Source of the DNA: Epithemia pelagica
Taxonomy: Eukaryota > Protista > Bacillariophyta
Direction: 5' to 3'
Assembly: GCA_946965045.2 (NCBI GenBank)
Contig: OX337233.1
Location: 2,914,001-2,978,000, forward strand
DNA length: 64,000 nucleotides
Numbering within the stretch: the stretch's first letter is position 1; each line of letters begins with the position of its first letter. The notes beneath the pieces are model-generated. The model had not been told where the DNA came from. It did no database searches and saw only the letters and a list, made by a program, of their open reading frames with translations. This document shows, piece after piece, positions 20,322-29,350 of this stretch. The translations under genes were made by a program, and so were the position numbers.

Positions 20322-22865
20322 TTAGAAGGAAATTTCGGCACCACCGACATGGCCAATCATTGAATTGTCCGTGGTGGATCGAGAGGTCCACGGGGACGTT
20401 TGTCCATAGTCGGACCAGGCATTGCCACTTCCTCGTCCACGAAAGGAACTGTTTCGACCACCTGTACGCCCTCCTGGACCACGGCCACCTCGGCCCCGTC
20501 CTCGTCCACCACGGCCTCTTCCTCTACCCGAGCGTTGACTTCGACCACCACCCCGTCCTCTCTTTCCTCGGCCTCGTGACGAGGATCGTGCAGGAGGCGC
20601 ATTCCAAACGTCCTCCTCCTCGTCATTGTAGGAATTGACGATTTGATATTGGCCTGCACCAACACCGGACCCTCCACGAAGATCGTTTCGCTGGGTAGAT
20701 AAGCTATTGGTGGTAAGGGTGATTTGTTGGTATTCGCTTTGGTTGCTGGGACCTGTAGACCCATGGATGGAAAGGGGTGGTTGAGGAACGGGTGGAGTCG
20801 GAGAAGCCGTGGTTGACCAACCCACCGCGGAAGAGGCAAGAGCAATATTAGTAGCCTTTGGATCTCGAATTTTGCGTCGCTTGTTGCTAGTCGACCATTC
20901 TTCCGGAATAGGCAGTCGAGGCCGATTGTTTTGTATGGAGTTGGTGGGTGGCCAGGAATGACGGTTTTCGGCATTGCCATCGTGCACCGGTCTCCTACTA
21001 GAAGAACGGTCATGAGATGCAATCATTGGTTGTTGGATTTCCGATGGGTCGTCCACTTCTATTGCAGTTTCTGCCGAAAAGCCAAAGGCCTCGGCTTCCA
21101 TATCATCCTCCAGAACCTCCTCAATGTCATCATTCTGTCCAAAGACCTGTGCCCGATGTTGTTCCAGTGACCTTCTTATTCTCCCCACTTGAAATGTGGG
21201 GGCTGGGGACCGTAATCCTTGACGAACCGTTCGGGTGGCACCTTCTTGCGGCTGGCTCTTGGGTTCCGAAGGAGTGTCTGTTCCGAGAAAAGCGACTTCT
21301 GCAAGCTGGTCATCATCGAGCCACGATGGACAAGGCTCGGTCGCTGGATCCATCACAGTCGCTTCATCCCTGACTTTTGCGTCAACAGCAGCGCATGGAG
21401 TCGACTTTTTCGGTATGGCATGTGTTTGAAGTGCTGGGGAAGTGCTGGAATGATTTTTCAGGTAAGGATTGTGAACTGCTGGGGAAGTGTTGGAATGATG
21501 TTTTAGGTACGGATTGTGAACTGCTGGGGAAGTGCTGGAATGATTTTTCAGGTAGGGATTGTGAACAGTGGGCCTTGTGCGAACCGCTCTTTTGGCACCC
21601 TGCGGCGTGTCGCGAATTTCATTTCCAAGATCGTTGTTGGCACTTCCAGACCCTTGAGCCATTGCGTTGGCTGGTGGTATTGTGCGTTCCAGGGTAGAAT
21701 GGCCGGTGTTTGAGGGATACTGGGGTTGTGATGCTGTATATGGGTTTGCTCTATTCTGGCGAGAAGAACTTGGTATTGGCGCTTTCCTAGCCTCTGATTT
21801 GTTCGCGGTCAAGTCATTGACTTGTCTGGATGTTGTTTGTACAATGGTCTTTTCGACGGGTTGATCATTCTCGCTTTCGTCCGAAGACGACGACGAGATG
21901 GAAGAATCGTCCGACATTTCTGGCAATACATAGTCATCGTCGACGAGTGGCGGATTGGTTGTGTCCAGTAATGGCGGTTGAGTCGGTTGACCGTGTGGTA
22001 CAAACGGTTCAACCTCTGGTTGTCGACGAGCCTCGGGTATGGCCGAAAGACGTGCTTGCGTTTGGGCAACCGAGTCTTGTTCCAAAGTTGCCGCAGATTT
22101 GGTGGGGCCACCGTGAGAATTCAGGAGTCGACCCATGAGTACCGCCGTGTCGACCGATGACTGGTCATTGTCATGTTCCGGTTCTGCTGTAGTGTTTGAT
22201 TTATCATCATTCCCATCGTCATCATTATCATCTTTTGATACGTGGTGCCGTGGCTGCTCCTCTTTTGCCAGGTGTTCGACGTTGGATGCAGTGGCGGTCA
22301 ATTCCGACGTAGGATGTCGAACAGTATGGTCCGTTTCGAATGGTGATTGGGAATCATTGATGGAGTCGCTGGGTATCGAATTACTACCAAGGACAGTATC
22401 CTCTCCTGGTCTCCTCAAGGTTGGAGTCGACGTTGTATTCGTGACCTTGTTCACCATGATTCGTTTCATCAAGGCTTCCGTATCGTCTGAAGCCACTGAT
22501 TGTTGCTCGTCTACCTCGTCGGAACTACTGTTGTTGTCGTGTAGTGTATCGGTTGGGGATTCTTTCTTTTGGGTAGAGTGCGTACGATTCCCCTCATCAT
22601 TCCTTGGAAGTTCGATATTAGGCGAATAGGAAACGCGAGAAGGAGATCGTGCGCTGGTTCTTGTTGATGAGTTGGGCGAACCTGTCGTTGCCATCTCCAT
22701 CCTCGATTTATTCTGCTCCCCGGATGGTTTGGGTTTCGAAAGATTGGTCTTCCAAAGGATATCATCGTCGGACGAGTCATCGCTGCGTAGTCGTCGTTGT
22801 TGCGGCCTCCTCCTCTTGTTGTTGGATTGCGACAATGGTTTCAGAGTCGATCGTTTCGCACTCAT
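20322..22865 (-). CDS. Hypothetical intrinsically disordered protein with a C-terminal RGG-rich region
   Basis: 847-aa ATG-initiated ORF with S/D/E-rich low complexity, internal repeats and an RGRGRGG tract. Confidence 0.7.
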   Translation of the reverse strand: MSAKRSTLKPLSQSNNKRRRPQQRRLRSDDSSDDDILWKTNLSKPKPSGEQNKSRMEMATTGSPNSSTRTSARSPSRVSYSPNIELPRNDEGNRTHSTQKKESPTDTLHDNNSSSDEVDEQQSVASDDTEALMKRIMVNKVTNTTSTPTLRRPGEDTVLGSNSIPSDSINDSQSPFETDHTVRHPTSELTATASNVEHLAKEEQPRHHVSKDDNDDDGNDDKSNTTAEPEHDNDQSSVDTAVLMGRLLNSHGGPTKSAATLEQDSVAQTQARLSAIPEARRQPEVEPFVPHGQPTQPPLLDTTNPPLVDDDYVLPEMSDDSSISSSSSDESENDQPVEKTIVQTTSRQVNDLTANKSEARKAPIPSSSRQNRANPYTASQPQYPSNTGHSTLERTIPPANAMAQGSGSANNDLGNEIRDTPQGAKRAVRTRPTVHNPYLKNHSSTSPAVHNPYLKHHSNTSPAVHNPYLKNHSSTSPALQTHAIPKKSTPCAAVDAKVRDEATVMDPATEPCPSWLDDDQLAEVAFLGTDTPSEPKSQPQEGATRTVRQGLRSPAPTFQVGRIRRSLEQHRAQVFGQNDDIEEVLEDDMEAEAFGFSAETAIEVDDPSEIQQPMIASHDRSSSRRPVHDGNAENRHSWPPTNSIQNNRPRLPIPEEWSTSNKRRKIRDPKATNIALASSAVGWSTTASPTPPVPQPPLSIHGSTGPSNQSEYQQITLTTNSLSTQRNDLRGGSGVGAGQYQIVNSYNDEEEDVWNAPPARSSSRGRGKRGRGGGRSQRSGRGRGRGGRGRGRGGRGPGGRTGGRNSSFRGRGSGNAWSDYGQTSPWTSRSTTDNSMIGHVGGAEISF
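21432..21566 (-). repeat. 45-bp x3 in-frame tandem repeat (VHNPYLK(N/H)HS(S/N)TSPA)
   Basis: Units start at 21432, 21477 and 21522 on the + strand. Confidence 0.9.
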
Positions 22866-23260
22866 GGTTTGAGAATTTCGAAATGTGTGTGGTGTCGTTT
22901 GCTGGAGAATCTCGTGCCCAACAACGTGTTAGCAATTAGGGACGGCTTTGTGCCATGGTGGTGTGATCAAGGTGTGGTGGATTCTGGAAAGTGGAAGCAA
23001 GTTTCGCGCGCCCGACGATGGGAGGTTTTGGCGCGCGGACCTACACATGCTACTATTCCTATGCCGCTATATGGAAGGATATGGACTATCGGATAGAGCT
23101 AGAGGGGATTGCTGCAGAGATGCAATAGAACATACTCCAGTGAGAATCTGGTAGAATATCAATTACAAAACCATCATTTTTCAAACGCCAGTTCATGGGC
23201 GAATGCTACTTTGATTTTAGAAAAGGAATAAGGGCTGAACCTCTTTCGGATTTTGGGGTG

Positions 23261-24338
23261 TCAACGACGAGTTCGTCGGCGACGGGATTTGGGACCGGAA
23301 GGAGAGCCACTTGTGGCACGTTTGCCACGCTCACACAAAGAGGCTGTAGTTTCTTCAAGGGCCATGCAGGAACTTGCGTCCGGTACGTACAAGGCATCCA
23401 AGGACTCGTGACAATTCAAAAAGTAGCCTGGGTCGGGAAAGCCATACGGGCCGCCACCCAACGTAGTCTTGTGGTGAATCGAAGTCCTGTCGATTCATCC
23501 AGAGGCATATCCGAGTTAGAAAGGAATCCGTGAAACTTCTTTCAAGAACACTTCACTCTTTGGAATGAAACACGTACCACACGACACTATTTGGTATATT
23601 TGTAGTGAGAGAAGTCCCAACCGTGAAGATCAATCCATGCTTCCATGCAAAAATGAGACGAGACAATAGCTCTCTTCCCTCTCGGTTGTTGGGCAAGTAC
23701 GCAACGCGTTGGGTACCATGATAAGATTGCCCTGGATTATCGTGATAGTCCTTCTGTTTTCCTGACGGTATGGAGTAGTTAATAACAATCGTCGTCACGG
23801 ACCTCCCATCCGCACCAACAAAGCCAGGACAAATCAAGTGCGATTGCACATCAACGGTCATTTGTCCAGAGGGACACGAGCCTTGCGGCACGCGAATTGG
23901 TTTCCGGCATGTTGGACAAGATGGTTGAATGAGTTGGTTCAAACAATGGCGGTGGAAAAGATGATTGCAGTTCAACCTCAAGACATGGTTTTCTTCAGGG
24001 GAAGAATCATCATCCTTGGCCGGTGTATCCTGTCCTTCGGATCCATTGAGCTTGCAAAGGCATACGGCACATTCCTCCTCTGCAGAATCGCCCAAAGAAG
24101 CTACATGGACAACTTCCAGGTCGTCCAGCAGGCCTTCCCGTCGGTTTTGGGAACTTTTGGGGCAGACATAGGGAATGGATTTTGAGGGAAAAGCCGGTAC
24201 TGTACTCATTCGACCGGGTGCATCACCTTTGTCGTCGGTGCGGAAAATCAAGGGGTACACTACCGTGAGCAAACGATCCTGATCGGGGTAGCATGGTCGC
24301 TGGCATCAGACACGTGGTTCGTTCAAAAGACTTACCAT
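23261..24338 (-). CDS. Deltex-family E3 ubiquitin ligase (RING-H2 + Deltex C-terminal domain); exons 24338-24336(?), 24278-23578, 23486-23261
   Basis: RING: CAVC..CNHLFHRHCL..CPTC. DTC domain: GSCPSGQM, TIVINYSIPSG.Q...H.NPG, R.AYLP.N.EG.ELL, FTVGTS.TT, IHHKT, GFPDPGY. The intron at 23577-23487 restores W-TSIHHK. The ATG-only first exon (ATG|gtaagt, 57-nt intron) is tentative. Confidence 0.85.
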
Positions 24339-24460
24339 GGACGACTCTGATCCTCCGCTCTTCAAGTTTTTGTGAAAAGACGAGTTCCTTGTTATTGAAA
24401 ATAAATCCTGACAGGAGATTTGATGGGAGAGAAGGCGGCGAAGTCTCTCTGCTTGCGTTG

Positions 24461-24607
24461 CGCGGGGATCGACCCAGCGAACACATCCTGCAGGTTGGAG
24501 CTGTCTGTGTTGTCGCGAGGTCGTCACAGTAGCTAGTAGGAGAGAGTGCTAGGATGTAGACACGCACGTTTGCCGAAAGGCCCAGAAGGAACCAAGATGG
24601 CTCCCAC
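24461..24607 (-). repeat. Split direct repeat B2 (147 bp)
   Basis: Matches 24801-24947 except T24502 vs G24842. Confidence 0.95.
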
Positions 24608-24623
24608 GGGCGGGAAGGGGGAA

Positions 24624-24800
24624 TTTTGATTGTCTTAGTCTATCTATCTCTGTGTAGACCTCTCAAGATGGCAGTTGCAATGCTCGCAATCTCAAGAATT
24701 GTGAGCATGGACATCGCATCAGAGATGTCCAAGTCCGGTGGGGCTTGTCGTAGTCTATGTGCGATCAACTGCCCCGCTCCAACGTACGCACGACAGACAC
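24624..24800 (-). repeat. Split direct repeat A2 (177 bp)
   Basis: Identical by eye to 32215-32391 (offset 7591). Confidence 0.95.
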
Positions 24801-24947
24801 CGCGGGGATCGACCCAGCGAACACATCCTGCAGGTTGGAGCGGTCTGTGTTGTCGCGAGGTCGTCACAGTAGCTAGTAGGAGAGAGTGCTAGGATGTAGA
24901 CACGCACGTTTGCCGAAAGGCCCAGAAGGAACCAAGATGGCTCCCAC
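24801..24947 (-). repeat. Split direct repeat B1 (147 bp)
   Basis: Directly abuts A2 and matches B2. Confidence 0.95.
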
Positions 24948-25001
24948 CACCATTGAAGAAGACAGCATTTTCGGAATCGTCTGACTTGATGGATCTTGTT
25001 C

Positions 25002-26312
25002 TCAAAACTCAAGATTCAGCTGTGTCGCAAAGGTTCCGAATGCAACGGAGCCATTGAACTTGATTTCCTCCGGAGACTCTATTGCTGCCTCAAGGTTCGA
25101 TTGGATGGCGTCGACGTCTCCTCGTGTGATTTCGGTTTGGTTGGCTGGGTCGACGTGTCGAAAGTCTGGGTTAGTCAACATCATTGTCGACATGCCAGCC
25201 GTCCACTCCATGACCTGGGGTCGGATGTATCGGAGAAATGCCGCGGATGACCATCTCCCCAGGATCATGATCTTCAAGACGGAGGCGCGGGCAAGAAACA
25301 GGGCCATCGCGGCTCCAGAGCGAAGGGAGTGCGTCCCTATTTCCTTGGGACGGTATCCGAACATGGACTGTCCACCACCGTTGGTGCATGATGAACGGAG
25401 GAGTCGGATTGTATCTTCGGCTCTGATGAATCGTGGTTTGGGCGTGGTCGTCTTGGAAAGTTGGTGTGGGTCGAACCAACAATTCACCGGCGTCGTTGGT
25501 GGTGCGTCTGGTCTGTAATGGAGGATGCGCCGGACGATGCGCCCCCAGAGTCGCACTGGGCAAAGAATTGGGTCGGCAGTACGGCTTTGAGTGCGTGTTT
25601 CATACTTGGCGTCGGATTTTTGTTGGGTGAAGGTGATGGAAACGAAGTGTGCGAGTTCGTTAAATTGGGGGTCTGTTGGGTCGATTGTGGATCGCAGTTC
25701 GTCGTTTCGTTTGAACCGTATGTTTCCAATCGTCAACAGCTTTGTTTTTCCACGTTGTTTCACGGTGGAGTATTCGCAGCTGCGCATGGCGAAGAAGTAT
25801 CCGGCGAGTGTGAGGTCTGCGATACAGGCTTCAAACGTGGAGAGGTTGATGTCGCCATGGATTCTCGTGGCGTACTCCCACATGAAGCGAAGGTGTCGGG
25901 GTGTTATCGCTTTTTGTCTTTTCTCGTCGGGGTCTATTTGGGCCCATGCTTTCTTTAATGACTCGATTATGGGGTGGTGCCGGTTGCATCCCGGGACGTG
26001 GCAGGGGCTCGGCCGGTCGTTATACCGGAAGCGCGATGCCACGTCGCTAAGGGCCTTCTCGAGAGTCGATGCTCGAAGAGGCTCCGTAGCCCCTCTCGAG
26101 AAAGCTCCATCTCGCAGTCGTTGGAGGAAGGTGCCAACGATCTGCGATCGCGTACGAAGGGTCTTGATTCGGTCAAGAAAGGGGTCGTCTCGGAGTCTGA
26201 ACAATTCGAGATGGAGGAGCCATCTCCTCCATGTCCTGTCGACGGCCTCATTGGACGATTCAACTCGTCCAAAGAATATTCGCGCAGCCGCGGTGCGACG
26301 GATGAGATCCAT
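25002..26312 (-). CDS. Tyrosine recombinase of the retrotransposon
   Basis: Catalytic residues present in order: MRSCEY (R), QKSD (K), HSLRSGAA (HxxR), GRWSS (W), FLRYIR (Y). Confidence 0.95.
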   Translation of the reverse strand: MDLIRRTAAARIFFGRVESSNEAVDRTWRRWLLHLELFRLRDDPFLDRIKTLRTRSQIVGTFLQRLRDGAFSRGATEPLRASTLEKALSDVASRFRYNDRPSPCHVPGCNRHHPIIESLKKAWAQIDPDEKRQKAITPRHLRFMWEYATRIHGDINLSTFEACIADLTLAGYFFAMRSCEYSTVKQRGKTKLLTIGNIRFKRNDELRSTIDPTDPQFNELAHFVSITFTQQKSDAKYETRTQSRTADPILCPVRLWGRIVRRILHYRPDAPPTTPVNCWFDPHQLSKTTTPKPRFIRAEDTIRLLRSSCTNGGGQSMFGYRPKEIGTHSLRSGAAMALFLARASVLKIMILGRWSSAAFLRYIRPQVMEWTAGMSTMMLTNPDFRHVDPANQTEITRGDVDAIQSNLEAAIESPEEIKFNGSVAFGTFATQLNLEF

Positions 26313-29300
26313 GACGCGACTTCGTTGGGTAGGGGACAGATCCGGAAGTTCTGCGGAATCTGGGAAGAGTAAAGGGAATGGATTTTGTGCGTTAGAACTT
26401 TGTCACAACAATCAAACGTGCGAGAGAGAAGGTCAGTAACCACATTTGCTTTGCCCGGGATGTGCTCGGGGTGGAGGAGAAAGTTGTATTCTAACACCAA
26501 GTCTGTTAGTTTTTCAGATACCCGTTGGTGGTTGGGTTTGTTGGACCCAAAGGATGATTTGTGCATCCATCCAGTGGCTGAGCTGCTATCTGATAGCCCG
26601 AGCACACAGGATTCGGTTGGGACTGCACCGGCCAAACAATCTACCCAAATCGTGACCACTTGGCACACAAACTCGAACAGATTGTTCGAGAGTTTGAGGT
26701 CGGGGTCTCGGCCGAGTTCGTCGGTTTCTGTGTCGGTCTTGTTTGCGGCTAAGGCATAAATCTCGGGGTCGAGAGGAACATGCCACGCCTTGCCGGTACG
26801 GACGGAAAAACCGCCCATGCCATACGGGCATGAGTCAGCAATCATAACATGAGTTGGGCGCCGGCAGGTGAGTAGGTTGAGGCTGATCCCTTTGTGGGCT
26901 TTTGCCAAAAGTTTCGTCCATACTTGGAGGTCCTGTCTAACTGCTTTTGGAATCTTGTACCTGAACCAGGGTTTGGGGCGGTCTTGGACTCTAGCGGAAG
27001 GTACATCCCTGACGTGCTCGTTGAGGCCTTTCTTATCGGATCTTTTGGCTCGGTGTTTGCTCAAAATGTGTTCTTTCAATTCTTGGCACCTCTTGGTGTA
27101 GTATAATGCTAAGGGGATGCCTTTGCAGGCATGAATCATTTTGCCCAGCATCGACTCCAACTCTTTGAAAGTCACATAAACTCGTTTGGGATCTAACCAA
27201 GTCTCAATTTCGCGCGACCAGCATGTGAACTTGTCAAAAGGTAAGCGCATCTGTAACCGGCGTGTGTCAATAATCCAGCCCAATACGCGCATTTCTTCTG
27301 ACGGTGCTCCTTCTGCTTTCATCTTGTCTTCGGCGAGAATGTCGTTGCGGTCGATCGGTTCATCTGGCATGGATGGTCGAACCAGTAGATGAAGGACCAG
27401 AGGGACGATGCCTGGTGCTCGGTTAATAAATTTTTCGCAATCCACAAAAAGCTGAATCATATCATCAATATACACGTCGTGGTATCCTTGTGGTCTGGGC
27501 TCGACGTCGACAGCCATGGGTTGGGCTGGATGGAATGGGATAGATTCATCGAGCCGTTGGATTTTGCCCATAAGGTCTTGTAAAGGCGAACGGCAAACAG
27601 AGGGGTCCCACTCGTCCAAATCTGCAACATCGTTGCAGAGGTCGCAGGCTGCCTCTGAAAATGTACTAAACATCGCGGGGTGCGGACGGCCACCAAAGGT
27701 AAGACGGGTCAAGAGATTTGCGAAGTCTCCACTCGCGTCTGTTGTGATCGTGTTGGCCACTAAGATTCCGTCACCGTTAATTCTTCGGTAGGCGGAACCC
27801 CAGTCAAACTTGCAGACGAGAATACGCTTGTTTGGGAATTTTTGCCGAAGAGCGACGGTTTGATGGATGATGCGGTCGAGACACCATCCAAAGACGAGGT
27901 CAATTAAATCCGATTCGTCGACTAAGTCGTTCAAGGACGGCGCAAATCCCAAGGAGAAAGATTGGTCGTGAGCTAAACGATCTTTGATCACGATGTTACC
28001 GTGCTCATCAATTCCGGCATGTTGGGCAACGCCCAGTGGTCCAGCCCGGCCTTGTTGGATTTGTCGTGCACAATCAAATGATATGGGGAACGAGTAACCG
28101 AATTTCGTGTCTTTTTTGCAGACTTTGATAAGAGCTTCTGGGCGTTGTCGGGCGGAAGCGTGGTTCCCATATGCGAGTATCGCATCATTCTCAAATTGTC
28201 GGTTGATATCTGGGGGAAGAGGTTTGAAGTCGTAGCTGGCCCCGTTTTTCAATGTGTCTTGAATTTTGTTCCAGAAAGGGTGGTATCGAAGGAGCTGGGC
28301 AATCGATCCTAACGGACGGAACTCAGAGCCTGGGCTAATTGTCGTGCCTGGGTATGCATCGAACAATCGTTGGAGGTCAAACCCAAATGATGCAATGAGC
28401 TTTGAATTGAATTCTGCTGCATCGGCTGTCGTCTGGTGTCGAAAAGGTGATGGTCGTGGAGCAGGAACTTGTTCGTTGCAGATGTTCAAGATTGTCTCGA
28501 TCTTGTGTTCATGGGTTGGTGTAGCTAGTGGTGGGCGCTGAATCTTATGAGTAAAAATCAGCTTTGGGTCGTTTGGTAGATAGTTTTGGTTGCCCCCTTG
28601 AAAGTCAACAAGGGAGGGGTTTTCGTGGTTGTCTGTTGTGGTATTGGTAATGGAAACAGGGTTAGACTCACCTAGCATAGATTCTCCCAATTGGATCTCA
28701 GATTCAAGTCGAGAAAGATTCCGTTGAAGGGACTTTCCTGACAAGTCAGAAGAAATATTCGGAGAAGGTGAGCCTAACGATCGCGGTTTGCCAAAAGGAA
28801 TTTTTTGGTGTTGTGTAGCAGTCAGGGTTTCGTCCTGCTCGTGGTTCCGAGTCGATGCAATTTCGATGTCCTTGATAAATTCGTCGTTATCTGGAATAAT
28901 CGTTGTGGGTGAAGTATTATCCGTTGGGTCTTGTCTAGATAGGTCATTCTTGGGGTAACGTAGTATAGGACGTGTAGTAGGTTTGGGTTTGGGGGAGTTC
29001 GGGTTCGCAACTCTACATGCTGGTTTCCGCAAGTCGAAAATTTTAGTCTTGAACTCTGTCGTGAAACGGACGCCGGGTTTGGGAAGGCTTGGAGTGCTGG
29101 GGAGCAGAATCTTTTGAGCAACATCAGACGACGAGATTCGACGTTCATCCGAAAAGACTTGGGGAATCAGTGGTGAAGGGGTATTTGGGACTCGGTAAGG
29201 GATGGGATCTGCTGATGGGGAAGAAGGGATAGATTGTCTTCGAGCGATGGGTGGGGAAGGTGGGCAGAGAGATGAGAAGTAAGAAGAACTGTTTTTGCTA

Positions 29301-29350
29301 GAGGAGGAAGGAGCAACATTACCAGTATCATCAATCGGCCCGGTACCATG
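25967..29350 (-). CDS. Pol ORF (reverse transcriptase + RNase H) of the retrotransposon
   Basis: RT: KDRLAHDQSF, KFDWGSAYRR, RLTFGGRPHP, YIDD, VLGWIIDT. RNase H: IADSCPYGMGG, NNLFEF, SDSSSA, HIPGKANVVTDLLSR. The frame is open from 29350, immediately after the gag TGA; the ORF track starts at TTG 29032. Confidence 0.92.
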   Translation of the reverse strand, partial: HGTGPIDDTGNVAPSSSSKNSSSYFSSLCPPSPPIARRQSIPSSPSADPIPYRVPNTPSPLIPQVFSDERRISSSDVAQKILLPSTPSLPKPGVRFTTEFKTKIFDLRKPACRVANPNSPKPKPTTRPILRYPKNDLSRQDPTDNTSPTTIIPDNDEFIKDIEIASTRNHEQDETLTATQHQKIPFGKPRSLGSPSPNISSDLSGKSLQRNLSRLESEIQLGESMLGESNPVSITNTTTDNHENPSLVDFQGGNQNYLPNDPKLIFTHKIQRPPLATPTHEHKIETILNICNEQVPAPRPSPFRHQTTADAAEFNSKLIASFGFDLQRLFDAYPGTTISPGSEFRPLGSIAQLLRYHPFWNKIQDTLKNGASYDFKPLPPDINRQFENDAILAYGNHASARQRPEALIKVCKKDTKFGYSFPISFDCARQIQQGRAGPLGVAQHAGIDEHGNIVIKDRLAHDQSFSLGFAPSLNDLVDESDLIDLVFGWCLDRIIHQTVALRQKFPNKRILVCKFDWGSAYRRINGDGILVANTITTDASGDFANLLTRLTFGGRPHPAMFSTFSEAACDLCNDVADLDEWDPSVCRSPLQDLMGKIQRLDESIPFHPAQPMAVDVEPRPQGYHDVYIDDMIQLFVDCEKFINRAPGIVPLVLHLLVRPSMPDEPIDRNDILAEDKMKAEGAPSEEMRVLGWIIDTRRLQMRLPFDKFTCWSREIETWLDPKRVYVTFKELESMLGKMIHACKGIPLALYYTKRCQELKEHILSKHRAKRSDKKGLNEHVRDVPSARVQDRPKPWFRYKIPKAVRQDLQVWTKLLAKAHKGISLNLLTCRRPTHVMIADSCPYGMGGFSVRTGKAWHVPLDPEIYALAANKTDTETDELGRDPDLKLSNNLFEFVCQVVTIWVDCLAGAVPTESCVLGLSDSSSATGWMHKSSFGSNKPNHQRVSEKLTDLVLEYNFLLHPEHIPGKANVVTDLLSRTFDCCDKVLTHKIHSLYSSQIPQNFRICPLPNEVASWISSVAPRLREYSLDELNRPMRPSTGHGGDGSSISNCSDSETTPFLTESRPFVRDRRSLAPSSNDCEMELSREGLRSLFEHRLSRRPLATWHRASGITTGRAPATSRDATGTTP

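Noticed and set aside
20019-20363. 114-aa ORF between the cyclase and the RGG protein
   Set aside because: TTG start, overlaps the 3' end of a convergent gene, and has no motifs.
24624-24800. Hammerhead ribozyme or tRNA gene in repeat A
   Set aside because: The minus strand has CTGATGC rather than CUGANGA, and no correctly placed GAAA. The fold has four hairpins and lacks T-loop/D-loop consensus and a CCA-type acceptor geometry.
24461-24947. Repeat-spacer-repeat pattern as a CRISPR array or tandem LTRs
   Set aside because: The repeats are 147-177 bp, there are only two copies of each, and no cas genes are present. The A/B order matches split direct repeats.
25591-26439. 282-aa and other + strand ORFs opposite YR/pol
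   Set aside because: Antisense shadows of the retrotransposon ORFs, with no domain signal.
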